In this document: positions 12,105 through 22,149 of the stretch, in pieces
How positions within the stretch are numbered: position 1 is the first letter of the stretch
Layout of the letters: each line of letters begins with the position of its first letter
Origin: Gammaproteobacteria bacterium
GTDB lineage: Bacteria; Pseudomonadota; Gammaproteobacteria; GCA-001735895
Direction: 5' to 3'
Assembly (NCBI GenBank): GCA_050298595.1
Contig: JBNKUM010000094.1
Span: 64,001-128,000, forward strand
Length of the DNA: 64,000 nt
Program-made: the position numbers and the translations under genes
Notes under the pieces: generated by a model
What the model was told of the DNA's origin: nothing
What the model saw: only the letters and a program-made list of their open reading frames with translations
Database searches by the model: none

Positions 12105-12133
12105 TAGACAAAGTAAGAATGTTACTACATAAT
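12105..12133 (+). promoter_or_regulatory. Putative sigma70 promoter of the arsR-rhodanese-grxC-secB-gpsA operon
   Basis: TAGACA-N17-CATAAT, about 36 nt upstream of ATG 12170. Confidence 0.5.
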
Positions 12134-12169
12134 TGATGCCTAATATTAGCACATCATGATAGAGCACTA

Positions 12170-12499
12170 ATGAGACTTGATACTATCTTACCTGGCGATA
12201 ACCCACAGCTTTTAACTCGTGAAGAAGACATTGAAAGAGCGTCACGCTCTCTAAAAGCTATGTCTCATCCCTTGCGATTAAAAATTCTTTGCACATTAGG
12301 CGATCAGGAAGTCAGTGTTCAGGGCATTGTTGAAAATGTTGGGACTTCACAAAGTAATATTTCACAACATCTGGCAATTTTACGCGATAAGGGTATATTA
12401 GCGTCCCGAAAAGATGCGAATCGTGTTTATTACCGAGTGGGTGATGCACGTACATTACGTTTAATAAGTATGATGCAAGACGTTTTCTGTACCTCCTGA
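12170..12499 (+). CDS. ArsR/SmtB regulator, BigR/SqrR/YgaV-like (two Cys)
   Basis: LKAMSHPLRLKILC, SQSNISQHL HTH, C-terminal VFC. Confidence 0.85.
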   Translation: MRLDTILPGDNPQLLTREEDIERASRSLKAMSHPLRLKILCTLGDQEVSVQGIVENVGTSQSNISQHLAILRDKGILASRKDANRVYYRVGDARTLRLISMMQDVFCTS

Positions 12500-12503
12500 A
12501 TAT

Positions 12504-12950
12504 ATGCCTGAACAATTAATTGAGTTTTCAACCAATCATTCGATATTGGTTCTGTCCTTTGTTGCCTTATTAGGCCTGATCGTATTTACCGAGTTTCGGC
12601 GTTTCACGCAGAAGTTTTCTAATATTGGTCCTGCTGCTGCCATTGGTATTATCAACCATGAAAATGCCGTTTTACTTGATGTGCGTGAGCAAAGCGAAAC
12701 TAATGAAGGTATGATCGCTGATGCCATTCATATTCCGCTAAGTGTATTCCCCAAACGCGTTAGCGAGATGGATAAGCACAAAGATGCCACTGTCATCGTA
12801 TATTGCCGTAGTGGAAATCGTTCAAGTGGAGCCTGTAGAACGCTAACCCAGCGCGGATTCGAAAAAGTACATAACCTGGCGGGGGGCATAATGGCCTGGC
12901 AGGAGGCTCATTTGCCCGTCCAAAAACAAAAAAACAAGAAAAAGAAATAG
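12504..12950 (+). CDS. yibN: Membrane-anchored rhodanese (YibN-like)
   Basis: N-terminal TM; LDVRE, YCRSGNRS, LAGGIMAW. Confidence 0.85.
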   Translation: MPEQLIEFSTNHSILVLSFVALLGLIVFTEFRRFTQKFSNIGPAAAIGIINHENAVLLDVREQSETNEGMIADAIHIPLSVFPKRVSEMDKHKDATVIVYCRSGNRSSGACRTLTQRGFEKVHNLAGGIMAWQEAHLPVQKQKNKKKK

Positions 12951-12952
12951 TG

Positions 12953-13210
12953 ATGATGGAAGTGGTTATTTACAGTAGCGCTTTTTGTCCTTACTGTACC
13001 TGGGCCAAAAAAATGCTGGAATCAAAGCAGGTTGATTATAAAGAAATTCGAATTGACCAGGTAGAGGGTGCTCAGCAGGAAATGCTTTCCAGGAGTTCAG
13101 GAATGATGACCGTGCCACAAATTTTTATCGGAGACTTTCATGTCGGTGGATACACTGATATGGTTAAGCTTGATCAGGACGGTAAGCTCGATACTTTGCT
13201 GACGGGTTGA
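12953..13210 (+). CDS. grxC: Glutaredoxin 3
   Basis: CPYC, TVPQIFI, VGG. Confidence 0.93.
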   Translation: MMEVVIYSSAFCPYCTWAKKMLESKQVDYKEIRIDQVEGAQQEMLSRSSGMMTVPQIFIGDFHVGGYTDMVKLDQDGKLDTLLTG

Positions 13211-13286
13211 TAGCCAGTTTACAGAAATCGCCGCTCCTTCTGCGTCACCATAAAACTCGAAAACCTAAACCTAAAGACAATTATCC

Positions 13287-13757
13287 ATGAATGATACAGT
13301 CAAACCAGAAAATCAGTTCTCTATCCAAAAGCTCTATATAAAAGATGTCTCATTCGAGTCACCTTCTGCACCAGAAGTTTTTAGCTTTACCAAGTGGGAG
13401 CCAAAGATTGATTTAAACCTGAATAATACTAGCAAGCAGGTATCTGAGGGTGTGTATGAGGTGGTTTTGAGCGTGACAGCTACCGCCAAACAAGATGATA
13501 AGACGGCATTTCTGGTAGAGGTTCAACAGGCAGGGGTATTTAATGTGGTTGGCTTTAATCCTGACGATACCCGCTATATTCTTAATGCGCAGTGTATGAC
13601 GATTCTTTTCCCTTATGCGCGTGAAGTCATCTCTGATCTGACTAGCCGAGGTGGTTTTCCTCCGTTACTGCTTAATCCTGTTAACTTTGATGCCTTATTT
13701 GCTAATGCGATGCAGCAGCAAAAAGAGGCTCAGACTGAACAAGCGGTTAAACATTAA
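13287..13757 (+). CDS. secB: Protein-export chaperone SecB
   Basis: YIKDVSFESP, EVQQAGVF, LFPYARE, RGGFPPL, PVNFDALF. Confidence 0.96.
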   Translation: MNDTVKPENQFSIQKLYIKDVSFESPSAPEVFSFTKWEPKIDLNLNNTSKQVSEGVYEVVLSVTATAKQDDKTAFLVEVQQAGVFNVVGFNPDDTRYILNAQCMTILFPYAREVISDLTSRGGFPPLLLNPVNFDALFANAMQQQKEAQTEQAVKH

Positions 13758-13801
13758 TTTGCCGGGATAATACCTAAATTTTCTACTTCAGGAGTTGAGC
13801 T

Positions 13802-14824
13802 ATGTCCGAGCCTGTAAAGGTTGCTGTGATTGGGGCGGGTTCCTGGGGTACAGCCCTGTCACTCCAGCTTGCCCGCAATGGCCATACCGTCAATTTGTGG
13901 GGACATGAAGCGCAACATATCCAGCGCTTGATTCAGAATAAACAGAATGTTGAGTTTCTTCCTGATATCGAGCTGCCTCCAAATATCCATCCTGTTGCTG
14001 ACTTAAAACAGGCCGTAGCAGGCATACATTATATTCTTCTGGTTATTCCCAGTAAGGCTTACCGTGATTTTTTAAAGCAATTAAAACCATTAATTGCTTC
14101 TGATACGCGCGTGTTCTGGGCAAGTAAAGGCTTTGAGATTGAGACGGGTAAGTTCTTACATGAGTTGGTCATTGAAGAGCTTAATATTGAACATTATGGC
14201 GTTATCTCGGGCCCCACATTTGCCACTGAAGTTGCAAAAGATCTACCTGCCGCTGTAACCTGTGCGGGAAACCACCCTGAATCGACTCAGCAGGTCGCTG
14301 AATTACTACATGGCGGGCATTTTCGCTGTTACACCTCTAGTGATGTGATTGGCGTTGAAGTCGGAGGCGCATTGAAGAATGTCCTCGCAATTGGTGTCGG
14401 CGCGGTCGATGGTTTGGGGTTTGGGGCAAATACTCGAGCCGCTTTGATTACGCGTGGGCTGGCTGAAATTATGCGCTTTGGTGAGCGCATGGGGGCTAAC
14501 CGAGAAACCTTGATGGGCTTATCCGGCCTGGGTGATCTTATTTTAACCAGTACCGATAACCAAAGTCGTAATCGGCGTTTTGGGTTGGCAGTAGGGCAAG
14601 GCATGAGTATTGATCAGGCGATGCAGTCAGTGCATCAAACCGTTGAAGGATATCGTGCCAGCCGAGCTATTTATGAAATTGCTCGGAAGATAGGGGTTAC
14701 TTTACCGATCATGGAGCAGATCTACCTGGTTTTATATCAGGGTAAGTCTCTGGTTGATGCGGTAGCTGATCTTGAAAATCGAGAGCAAAAATCTGAGCTT
14801 GAGTCTCGACACCAGGCTGATTAG
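13802..14824 (+). CDS. gpsA: NAD(P)H-dependent glycerol-3-phosphate dehydrogenase
   Basis: [30 protein letters not shown]. Confidence 0.96.
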   Translation: MSEPVKVAVIGAGSWGTALSLQLARNGHTVNLWGHEAQHIQRLIQNKQNVEFLPDIELPPNIHPVADLKQAVAGIHYILLVIPSKAYRDFLKQLKPLIASDTRVFWASKGFEIETGKFLHELVIEELNIEHYGVISGPTFATEVAKDLPAAVTCAGNHPESTQQVAELLHGGHFRCYTSSDVIGVEVGGALKNVLAIGVGAVDGLGFGANTRAALITRGLAEIMRFGERMGANRETLMGLSGLGDLILTSTDNQSRNRRFGLAVGQGMSIDQAMQSVHQTVEGYRASRAIYEIARKIGVTLPIMEQIYLVLYQGKSLVDAVADLENREQKSELESRHQAD

Positions 14825-15282
14825 CTTCCAGTGAAATTTAATTGTCGCCAGCTTTCATAAACGGCGATAGCTACCGTATTAGATAGATTCAGGCTTCTTG
14901 AATGTTCCAGCATAGGCAGGCGGGCTTTCTGATGAGCTGGTAAATTGTCGAGAATCTGTGAGGGCAAGCCTCGAGTTTCCGGTCCAAATAGTAGAACGTC
15001 GTTTTCCTGATATCTGATCTCGCTATAGTTTTTTTTACCCTTAGTGGTGAAAGCATAGAGGTTATGGAACTCGGTTGATTGTATAAAACCCTCAAACGTT
15101 TCGTGCTGCGAGACTCGCGTCCATTCGTGATAATCAAGACCTGCTCTACGCAATAACTTATCCTCCAGTTCAAACCCAAGAGGCTTGATTAGGTGTAGCT
15201 TATATCCAGTGTTAGCGGCAAGCCGAATAATATTTCCTGTATTGGGTGGAATTTCAGGTTCATAGAGTACGATATGTAGCAT
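14821..15282 (-). CDS. trmL: tRNA (cytidine/uridine34-2'-O)-methyltransferase
   Basis: [30 protein letters not shown]. Confidence 0.96.
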   Translation of the reverse strand: MLHIVLYEPEIPPNTGNIIRLAANTGYKLHLIKPLGFELEDKLLRRAGLDYHEWTRVSQHETFEGFIQSTEFHNLYAFTTKGKKNYSEIRYQENDVLLFGPETRGLPSQILDNLPAHQKARLPMLEHSRSLNLSNTVAIAVYESWRQLNFTGS

Positions 15283-15594
15283 ATTAAGATAATTATTGAA
15301 TTAGCCTTGAAATATAATATATAAAGCCTAAAATTTATAGCAATGACAATAAGTTATACAACATATTTTAAGCGATCTCTAGAATAATATTTGATTGGCT
15401 CTGCAACCTGTATTCTGCGTCCCACTCCATAAGAGAAATATAAATTCATCATTCCTGATTTAAATGATTAGGGTCAACAAGTTTATGTGCGTGAAGTGAT
15501 ATAACTTTTTGATTTAATACAATTAAGAGTAAGTTTTAAATTGCCCGAATCGAAAATATGGTTCGGTTAAAGTGATAAACCACGAGAAGAGTAA

Positions 15595-16509
15595 ATGTTG
15601 GGATTGTTTTCATCAAAACCCAAAGGTTCTCAGGTTGGTGTAGATTTTACCCCAACTGGGGTAGCTGCTGTCGAAGTGATTACAAAGAGGAAAAATCCTG
15701 GCGCTGTCAGGCATAATGCATTTCTGCCAGCTGTTGGTGTGAAAGAGCAAACTAGAGCGCTTAAGCAATGGGTTGAGCAGAATGGGCTTAAAAGTGTGCC
15801 CTGTGTTAGCCTGATTGCAAAGCACGATGTTCAGGTTTTCCAGCTGGAAAAACCAGCGGTTGAAGATAGCGAGTTAATGCAGGCCGTCGGTTGGAAAATT
15901 AAAGACTTGATCAATTACGACGTCACCACTGCGGTCGTCGATGTTTTCGAAATGCCCCAGTCACCTAAAAGCCCTGCCAGCTATATTAATGCTGTAGTTG
16001 CCAATGAGGCCGTTGTGGGGGCTTATGTCGACATTGTCAGGCAATCAGGCCTTGAATTAATGGCGATAGATATTCATGATCTGGTAGCGCGCAACTACCG
16101 CTTACTACATGACGACTCGGGTCAGACCGAGGCGCTGTTACAGTTTTCGGATAATCATGGTTTGATTACGATTTACAATAAAGATGATCTGTATGTTGCC
16201 CGAGATTTCAAAATTGGATTGCTGGATATTGAAGGCGCTGACGATACTGAATCTCTTTACGATAATCTATTGCTGGAGTTGCAGCGTTCTATGGATTATT
16301 TTGAAGCAACTTATGGCCTCTCAGCAGTACAGCGGATGGTTGTATTTCCTCAAATTGCTGCGGTCGAAAAAATGGCCAAATATCTGCAAAACTATCTGGC
16401 ATATGAGCTGGACTTTACACAAATTAAAGATGAGCAAGATGCTGAGTTGATGCTTGATTCTCATTGCTTTGCTGCTTATTGCGCCGCCTTACGTGGGGTG
16501 GCTAAATGA
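15595..16509 (+). CDS. mshI: MSHA biogenesis protein MshI (PilM-like cytoplasmic part)
   Basis: WKIKDLI and LELQRSMDYFE motifs; first gene of the msh cluster. Confidence 0.78.
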   Translation: MLGLFSSKPKGSQVGVDFTPTGVAAVEVITKRKNPGAVRHNAFLPAVGVKEQTRALKQWVEQNGLKSVPCVSLIAKHDVQVFQLEKPAVEDSELMQAVGWKIKDLINYDVTTAVVDVFEMPQSPKSPASYINAVVANEAVVGAYVDIVRQSGLELMAIDIHDLVARNYRLLHDDSGQTEALLQFSDNHGLITIYNKDDLYVARDFKIGLLDIEGADDTESLYDNLLLELQRSMDYFEATYGLSAVQRMVVFPQIAAVEKMAKYLQNYLAYELDFTQIKDEQDAELMLDSHCFAAYCAALRGVAK

Positions 16510-17108
16510 TCATTCAGGAAATTAATCTTTATCAGGATCGCTTTAAGGAAAAGAAACTTCTGTTGTCAGCACAGCATAGCCTTATTCTTTTTGCAGTAGT
16601 GATTTTAGTGTTGATGGTGTCTAGTTATTTTTATGCAGGTATGACTGAGCAGGAGCAATTACGTCTTGATCAAAATACGCGACAGAAAATTCAGTCTAAC
16701 CAACGTCTGGAAGAGCTGAAAAAACAGTTGCAGAAACTGCTGGCAAATGACCAGTTTGATAAGAAAATTACGCAGGTATCTAAAGATATTAAGGTGCGTA
16801 AACGTATGATTGATTTTGTGGACAATAATCAATTTGGTTCAGGTGAAGGCTTTTCTGAAGAGTTAGGCGTTCTGGCCGAGTTGCCGAGCAAAAATCTCTG
16901 GTTAAATCAGATATCACTGGCTAGTAACTACATTAAGCTCTCAGGTAGCGCATTAAATGCCCAAAGTGTGCCAGAGTACTTTAATCAGTTTCAATCCAGA
17001 GATTTATTTGAGGGGCATGTTTTTGATGTGTTTGAATTGGGCAGGGAAGCACAGCGAGACTGGAAAGTTGATTTTGTGATCGCGAGCAGGGTGGTAAGCG
17101 ATGAGTAA
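16506..17108 (+). CDS. MshI2/PilN-like alignment protein
   Basis: QEINLY (INL motif), one TM, coiled coil, LWL...LSGSA. Confidence 0.75.
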   Translation: MIIQEINLYQDRFKEKKLLLSAQHSLILFAVVILVLMVSSYFYAGMTEQEQLRLDQNTRQKIQSNQRLEELKKQLQKLLANDQFDKKITQVSKDIKVRKRMIDFVDNNQFGSGEGFSEELGVLAELPSKNLWLNQISLASNYIKLSGSALNAQSVPEYFNQFQSRDLFEGHVFDVFELGREAQRDWKVDFVIASRVVSDE

Positions 17109-17766
17109 TCAGTACCAGCAATATGCGCAAAAGTTTGATGGCCTGTCGGTACGTGAGAGATCTTTAGTTGCTATAACCGCGCTGGCTATCGTTATTTATC
17201 TGTGGTGGTATTTTTATGCGATGCAGGAACTGGAAAAAAGAAAAGAGCTTGCGCAACAAAATACAGCCCTGGAAACTGAGATTCAAATGCTAGATACAAC
17301 TAGCTCACAAATTGCTTTACGTATTAAAGAAGGTGTTAATAAGTCAAAGCAACAACAGCTGGATTTGCTACAGTCTGAATTAGACCGTGTTAAAGCCCAG
17401 TTGCAGCAGAAAACTCTGGAGTTAATCGAACCCGAAGATATGTTCCAGTTGATGCAGCAAATGATCTTCAGCGAGTCGAAGCTTAAGCTTACCGGCTTAA
17501 AACGTAAGCTGGTACGTCCAGCGTTTGAGCCAGATCCGCAGGATGAGCAGAAGGATGAGCAGCAGCCTGAAATATACCGGCACGTGATGCTGGTAAGTTT
17601 TCAGGGGGGCTACCAGAATATTTTGAAATACATTCAAAGTCTTGAATCACTGGAGTGGAAATTGATCTGGGATAAAATCTCTCTAGAGCTGGATGAATAT
17701 CCAAACATTAATGTAGAGATTGAAATCTCGACTTTAAGCGACAGTCAGCATTGGGTGGGGTTGTGA
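17101..17766 (+). CDS. mshJ: MSHA biogenesis protein MshJ (PilO/GspM-like)
   Basis: LSVRER + TM; IYRH...FQGGY..IL.Y...LE.L.WKLIW. Confidence 0.82.
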   Translation: MSNQYQQYAQKFDGLSVRERSLVAITALAIVIYLWWYFYAMQELEKRKELAQQNTALETEIQMLDTTSSQIALRIKEGVNKSKQQQLDLLQSELDRVKAQLQQKTLELIEPEDMFQLMQQMIFSESKLKLTGLKRKLVRPAFEPDPQDEQKDEQQPEIYRHVMLVSFQGGYQNILKYIQSLESLEWKLIWDKISLELDEYPNINVEIEISTLSDSQHWVGL

Positions 17767-18155
17767 TAAGGCTCGTACTATTTTTTTCTGGATTGTTATT
17801 TACTTTTCAGTTGATGGCTACAGAATTCCATGACCCCATGAAGCCCCCTGAATTTGCCTTGAATAAATTCAGGATTGAAAAATTAAAAAAGAACCAGACA
17901 GCTTCACAAGCTGTTGTAAAGGAGGAAAAAAAGGATCCCTGGGTATTAAATTCAATCCTTTATTCCAGCAATCGGCAGCACGCAATAATTAACAACAAGC
18001 TGGTAAGAAAGGGTGAGGTGATTGGTGGTGCAAAACTGGTCAGCCTTAAACCGGATAGTGTGCGATTAATTTCCAGAGGAAAGGTGGTTATTTTAAAACT
18101 ACCCAGTGCCAATCAGTCAATTAAAAACCTCCTAACGAGAAGAAGTTATGATTAA
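17763..18155 (+). CDS. mshK: MSHA biogenesis protein MshK
   Basis: Signal peptide; DPMKP, LNSIL...AIIN...V.KGE.I; GTG overlaps the mshJ stop. Confidence 0.75.
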   Translation: MIRLVLFFSGLLFTFQLMATEFHDPMKPPEFALNKFRIEKLKKNQTASQAVVKEEKKDPWVLNSILYSSNRQHAIINNKLVRKGEVIGGAKLVSLKPDSVRLISRGKVVILKLPSANQSIKNLLTRRSYD

Positions 18156-19857
18156 ACTAAGGGCTCTACTTATATCATCTTTATTTTTTCTGGTTTCCTG
18201 CGCAAGTCAGACGACGTTGGAACGAAGCCAGCAAACTAAAGATGATATCCAGTCTCATCTGCAACAGGCAAGTGATGAGGTGGTTGCAGAGCCGATAGAA
18301 ACTCCACCCGAAATTATGAATGATCTGATGCCACAAACCGGTATTCTGGTACCGGGCTTGCGTACTGAAGTGAAACAGGAACCACGTTTCGATATCTCGG
18401 TGGCAAACGCCCCTGCAGATGTGTTTTTTATGAGCCTGGTTGCAGATACCGATATTAATATGGTTGTGCATCCCAGTGTATCTGGAAACATCAGTCTGGA
18501 TTTGAAAAAAGTCAGTGTGGATGAGGTGATGAAACTGTCACGAGAGGTATTTGGCTATGAATATCGGAAAACAGATAATGGATATATCGTTTTACCCGCA
18601 CGTATTCAGTCAAAAATTTTCCAGGTCAATTATCTCAACATAAGCCGTGATGGTGAGTCGAGTATGACCGTAAGTTCGGGACAGATTGCTAGTTCAAACA
18701 ATAATAGCTCAAGTGATACTAACAACGATAATAACTCGTCATCGCAAAACACTACCGAAACTTTGCGATCCAGTAGTATCACAACCACCAGCAAGGCTAA
18801 TTTCTGGTCAACACTTGCAGCGACTATTCAGGCCATAGTTGGACAGGGAGCCGGACGTTCGGTAGTTGTTGATCAGCATGCAGGACTGGTTATAGTTCGA
18901 GGTATGCCAGGGGAATTACGCGATGTAGAAGCATATTTGACTAGTGCGCAGGAAAACCTTCAGCGGCAGGTCATACTCGAAGCAAAAATCATTGAAGTTA
19001 AATTAAATGATAGTTATCAATCGGGCATCGACTGGGCGGGATTGATGAGCAAGTCTGGAGATAGTGCCGCTGCTGGTATTACAGGATTTCAAAATGGCAG
19101 CGCGACCTTATATAATTCGAATGGAGTATTCGATGCAAGCCAGGCCCTGACATCGTCTGATAACTCGTCCTTTTCAAATATGTTTGCAATTGGTGCCGGT
19201 TCAGATGACTTTGCGGCATTACTCAGATTGCTCAGCACTCAGGGAGAGGTGCAGGTGTTGTCTAGCCCAAGAATCTCAACAGTGAATAATCAAAAAGCTG
19301 TCATCAAGGTAGGCTCAGACGAATTCTTTGTTACCGAAGTCTCTTCGACAACAACCTCAGGGTCAACTTCAACTTTAACCACTCCCAGCGTAACTCTAAC
19401 ACCTTTTTTTTCGGGTATCGCTCTTGATGTGACGCCTCAGATAAGCAACGAGGATCAGGTGATTCTGCATATTCATCCGAGTGTTAGTGAAGTCAATGAT
19501 CAGACAAAGAATATAACTATTGGTGGTCAAAGCCAGCAGCTACCCCTGGCGCTAAGTACAGTGCGTGAGTCAGATTCGGTGGTTAAAGCAATGAGCGGGC
19601 AGGTGGTCGTGATCGGAGGACTTATGCAAAATAGTACCTCTAACGACGATGCAGGCGTACCAGGTGTCAGCGAGGTTCCTTTTCTGGGAAACTTTTTTGG
19701 ACAGAAGCGTAAGGTTAATTCGCGCAGTGAGCTGGTTATACTGCTCAAGCCCATGGTCGTGAATAGCAATAAGACCTGGGCCAGTTATATCCGTCAGACC
19801 CAACAGCGCATACTACAGTTGCAAAAGGCTGAATCACAAAAGCCAGAAGGTGAGTAA
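18148..19857 (+). CDS. mshL: MSHA secretin (lipoprotein)
   Basis: Lipobox LVSC; QVILEAKIIEV, SSPRISTVNNQKAVIKVG, PFFSGIALDVTPQI. Confidence 0.93.
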   Translation: MIKLRALLISSLFFLVSCASQTTLERSQQTKDDIQSHLQQASDEVVAEPIETPPEIMNDLMPQTGILVPGLRTEVKQEPRFDISVANAPADVFFMSLVADTDINMVVHPSVSGNISLDLKKVSVDEVMKLSREVFGYEYRKTDNGYIVLPARIQSKIFQVNYLNISRDGESSMTVSSGQIASSNNNSSSDTNNDNNSSSQNTTETLRSSSITTTSKANFWSTLAATIQAIVGQGAGRSVVVDQHAGLVIVRGMPGELRDVEAYLTSAQENLQRQVILEAKIIEVKLNDSYQSGIDWAGLMSKSGDSAAAGITGFQNGSATLYNSNGVFDASQALTSSDNSSFSNMFAIGAGSDDFAALLRLLSTQGEVQVLSSPRISTVNNQKAVIKVGSDEFFVTEVSSTTTSGSTSTLTTPSVTLTPFFSGIALDVTPQISNEDQVILHIHPSVSEVNDQTKNITIGGQSQQLPLALSTVRESDSVVKAMSGQVVVIGGLMQNSTSNDDAGVPGVSEVPFLGNFFGQKRKVNSRSELVILLKPMVVNSNKTWASYIRQTQQRILQLQKAESQKPEGE

Positions 19858-20756
19858 TGTATGAACAATATTATGGCCTGTTGGAAAAACCCTTTGATCT
19901 TACACCTGATACTGATTTTTATTGTCAGACGTTAACCCATCAGGATGCGTTAAATACGCTACTGGTGGCCATAAAAAATGGCGATGGATTTATTAAATTA
20001 ACCGGTGAGGTTGGTACAGGAAAAACCCTGCTCTGCCGTAAGCTATTGAATCTGCTGGATGATGGCTTTGACACCGTTTATATTCCTAATCCCTATATGA
20101 GCTGTGATGCCCTGCTTAGAGGCGTTGCAGAGGAAATGAATCTGCTAGAAGAAGTTAAGGATAATAATTATCTTTCCGCCATCAATAAAAGATTAATTCA
20201 GAATGCTCAGGCAGGTCGTAAAACGGTGATATTGTTAGATGAGGCGCAATCTTTACCGGTTGAAAGTCTGGAAGCTATCCGTCTGCTAAGTAACCTGGAG
20301 ACAGAGAAAAGCAAGCTGGTACAGATCGTATTATTCGGGCAACCAGAGCTAAACAAAAAGCTTATGGATAATACTATTCGCCAGCTACAGCAACGAATTG
20401 TACATGCCTGTGAATTATCCACCTTGAGTAGAGATGTGCTGAAAATTTATGTCTGCCACCGATTAAAATCAGCGGGATATAACGGACCGGGATTATTTGA
20501 TAAAAGCGCATTAAAATTACTGTATAAAAAATCACGAGGAGTACCTCGCCTGATTAATTTGCTGTGTAATAAAGCTTTGATGCTTGCATACTCAAGCGGT
20601 AGTTTTTATGTCAATGCAAAGCATGTCAAACAGGCAGCGCAAGATAGTCAGCAGACTAAGGCAGCCAGGTTAGGCATGGCAGGTGTGGTGCGACAACTAA
20701 CGTTTGTTTTTACAATGGCAATGCTATTGCAACAGATTGCTCAGGGAATACTATGA
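19857..20756 (+). CDS. mshM: ExeA-family AAA ATPase MshM
   Basis: GEVGTGKT, DEAQ, RLLSNLET, FGQPEL. Confidence 0.9.
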   Translation: MYEQYYGLLEKPFDLTPDTDFYCQTLTHQDALNTLLVAIKNGDGFIKLTGEVGTGKTLLCRKLLNLLDDGFDTVYIPNPYMSCDALLRGVAEEMNLLEEVKDNNYLSAINKRLIQNAQAGRKTVILLDEAQSLPVESLEAIRLLSNLETEKSKLVQIVLFGQPELNKKLMDNTIRQLQQRIVHACELSTLSRDVLKIYVCHRLKSAGYNGPGLFDKSALKLLYKKSRGVPRLINLLCNKALMLAYSSGSFYVNAKHVKQAAQDSQQTKAARLGMAGVVRQLTFVFTMAMLLQQIAQGIL

Positions 20757-22126
20757 GTGTAATCAATAGCGTACTCAGGGATCTGGATCAAAAACCTACA
20801 GCGTTTACGCCCCTTGAGCTGGAAACGATTGCAGCGCTAAAAAATAAGGATAAACATTCAAGGTTGTACTGGGCAATACTGCCTGTCACTGTGATCCTTG
20901 TTGCAGTTATCTACTGGGTTGGATATTACGATACAGCGAAATCTAAACAGGGCGCTCAAAAGGTCGAAGTATTATCAAATGAAATTGATCAGGCAAAACA
21001 AATCCGGCAGTCTGAGTCACCGCAGCTAGCGGATAGCGTTATGCTTATCCAGCCAGTGCCCCCTGCTAATAACCCTGAACCAAATAAGATGAGTGGGTTG
21101 CAGATAAAAGAAAATGAAGACTTCATGGAGTTAGCGTTTCAGTTAACCAGGTTCACCCCCAGTTTTCTTAAACAGCGTTCTAATAATCGCTATGTGTTTG
21201 TGATTAAAAAGGTGGCTAATTCTATTGTGACACCGCAAATCAGTGACAACCCCTGGCTTAAGCAGATACGGATTTCAACTCTGGACGAAGATATTGAAAT
21301 TCGTTTCGACACTCAGCAGGGCGTACTTGTGGATACTCAGGATCGACATGAAGACAGTGCTTATTATTGGTTAATCAGGCTGAAAAAAACTTTAGAGGTC
21401 GAGCAAGCTGCCACCGTTAAAGAAAATGACTCAAGTGCAGCAGTAAACTCAGTGATAAATGCCTCATCAGCAGTGTCTACGGATTATGCAATAAAAAATA
21501 TTCAGCAAACAGAGCAAAAACAGGAATTGACTGTAGCACCAGTAAAATTACAGATCAGACCGGTTCAGAATAAAAACACGGGTAAAATGAAATTAAATGC
21601 AGCTATTCAGGCTGCAAAGTCGGGTGATATAACTCAGGCAAAGAAATTGCTAGAGCTGCTGTTAGATGGTGAGTTTGATCGCCAGGCAAGAACTCAGCTG
21701 TTGAGCCTGTTAAGTAGGCAGAGTGACTCCCGGAATTTTAACGAATTGCTGAAAGTATCGCTGAAAAAATACCCGCAAGATGAGGTTTATTTATTGTATG
21801 AAGCAAATCGCTTATTTGCTGAGAAGCAATATCTGGCTCTCATCGATAAATTCAAAACTTTTACTGAGAATGGTCAGTTACTTAGTCTGTTAGCTACAAG
21901 TTATCAGAGGACAGATCAGCATCAGTTAGCAGCAGAGCATTTTATCGCTGCATTAAAGATCAATCCCCAGCAACCAAAATTGTGGATTAGTCTAGCGATA
22001 TCGCAACAGAATTTAACTCAGCGAGAACAGGCATTGAACTCGTATCAAATGGCTTTGCGTAGTGGTTCTATGAACCAGCGCCTGCATGATTTTGTGCAAT
22101 CTAAAATTAAACAGTTAGCGAACTAA
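20753..22126 (+). CDS. mshN: MshN-like TPR membrane protein
   Basis: MSVINSVLRDLD N-terminus, TM, C-terminal TPRs; lies between mshM and mshE. Confidence 0.8.
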   Translation: MSVINSVLRDLDQKPTAFTPLELETIAALKNKDKHSRLYWAILPVTVILVAVIYWVGYYDTAKSKQGAQKVEVLSNEIDQAKQIRQSESPQLADSVMLIQPVPPANNPEPNKMSGLQIKENEDFMELAFQLTRFTPSFLKQRSNNRYVFVIKKVANSIVTPQISDNPWLKQIRISTLDEDIEIRFDTQQGVLVDTQDRHEDSAYYWLIRLKKTLEVEQAATVKENDSSAAVNSVINASSAVSTDYAIKNIQQTEQKQELTVAPVKLQIRPVQNKNTGKMKLNAAIQAAKSGDITQAKKLLELLLDGEFDRQARTQLLSLLSRQSDSRNFNELLKVSLKKYPQDEVYLLYEANRLFAEKQYLALIDKFKTFTENGQLLSLLATSYQRTDQHQLAAEHFIAALKINPQQPKLWISLAISQQNLTQREQALNSYQMALRSGSMNQRLHDFVQSKIKQLAN

Positions 22127-22149
22127 AGAGCTGAGGATAACCGACGCAT

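Noticed and set aside
15400-15445. Minus-strand GAGTGGGACGCAGAATACAGG resembles the core of a c-di-GMP-I riboswitch, upstream of mshI
   Set aside because: Wrong strand for the msh operon; lacks the GGCAAAC segment, the GNRA tetraloop and the closing stem. An Infernal search with the c-di-GMP-I model would settle it.
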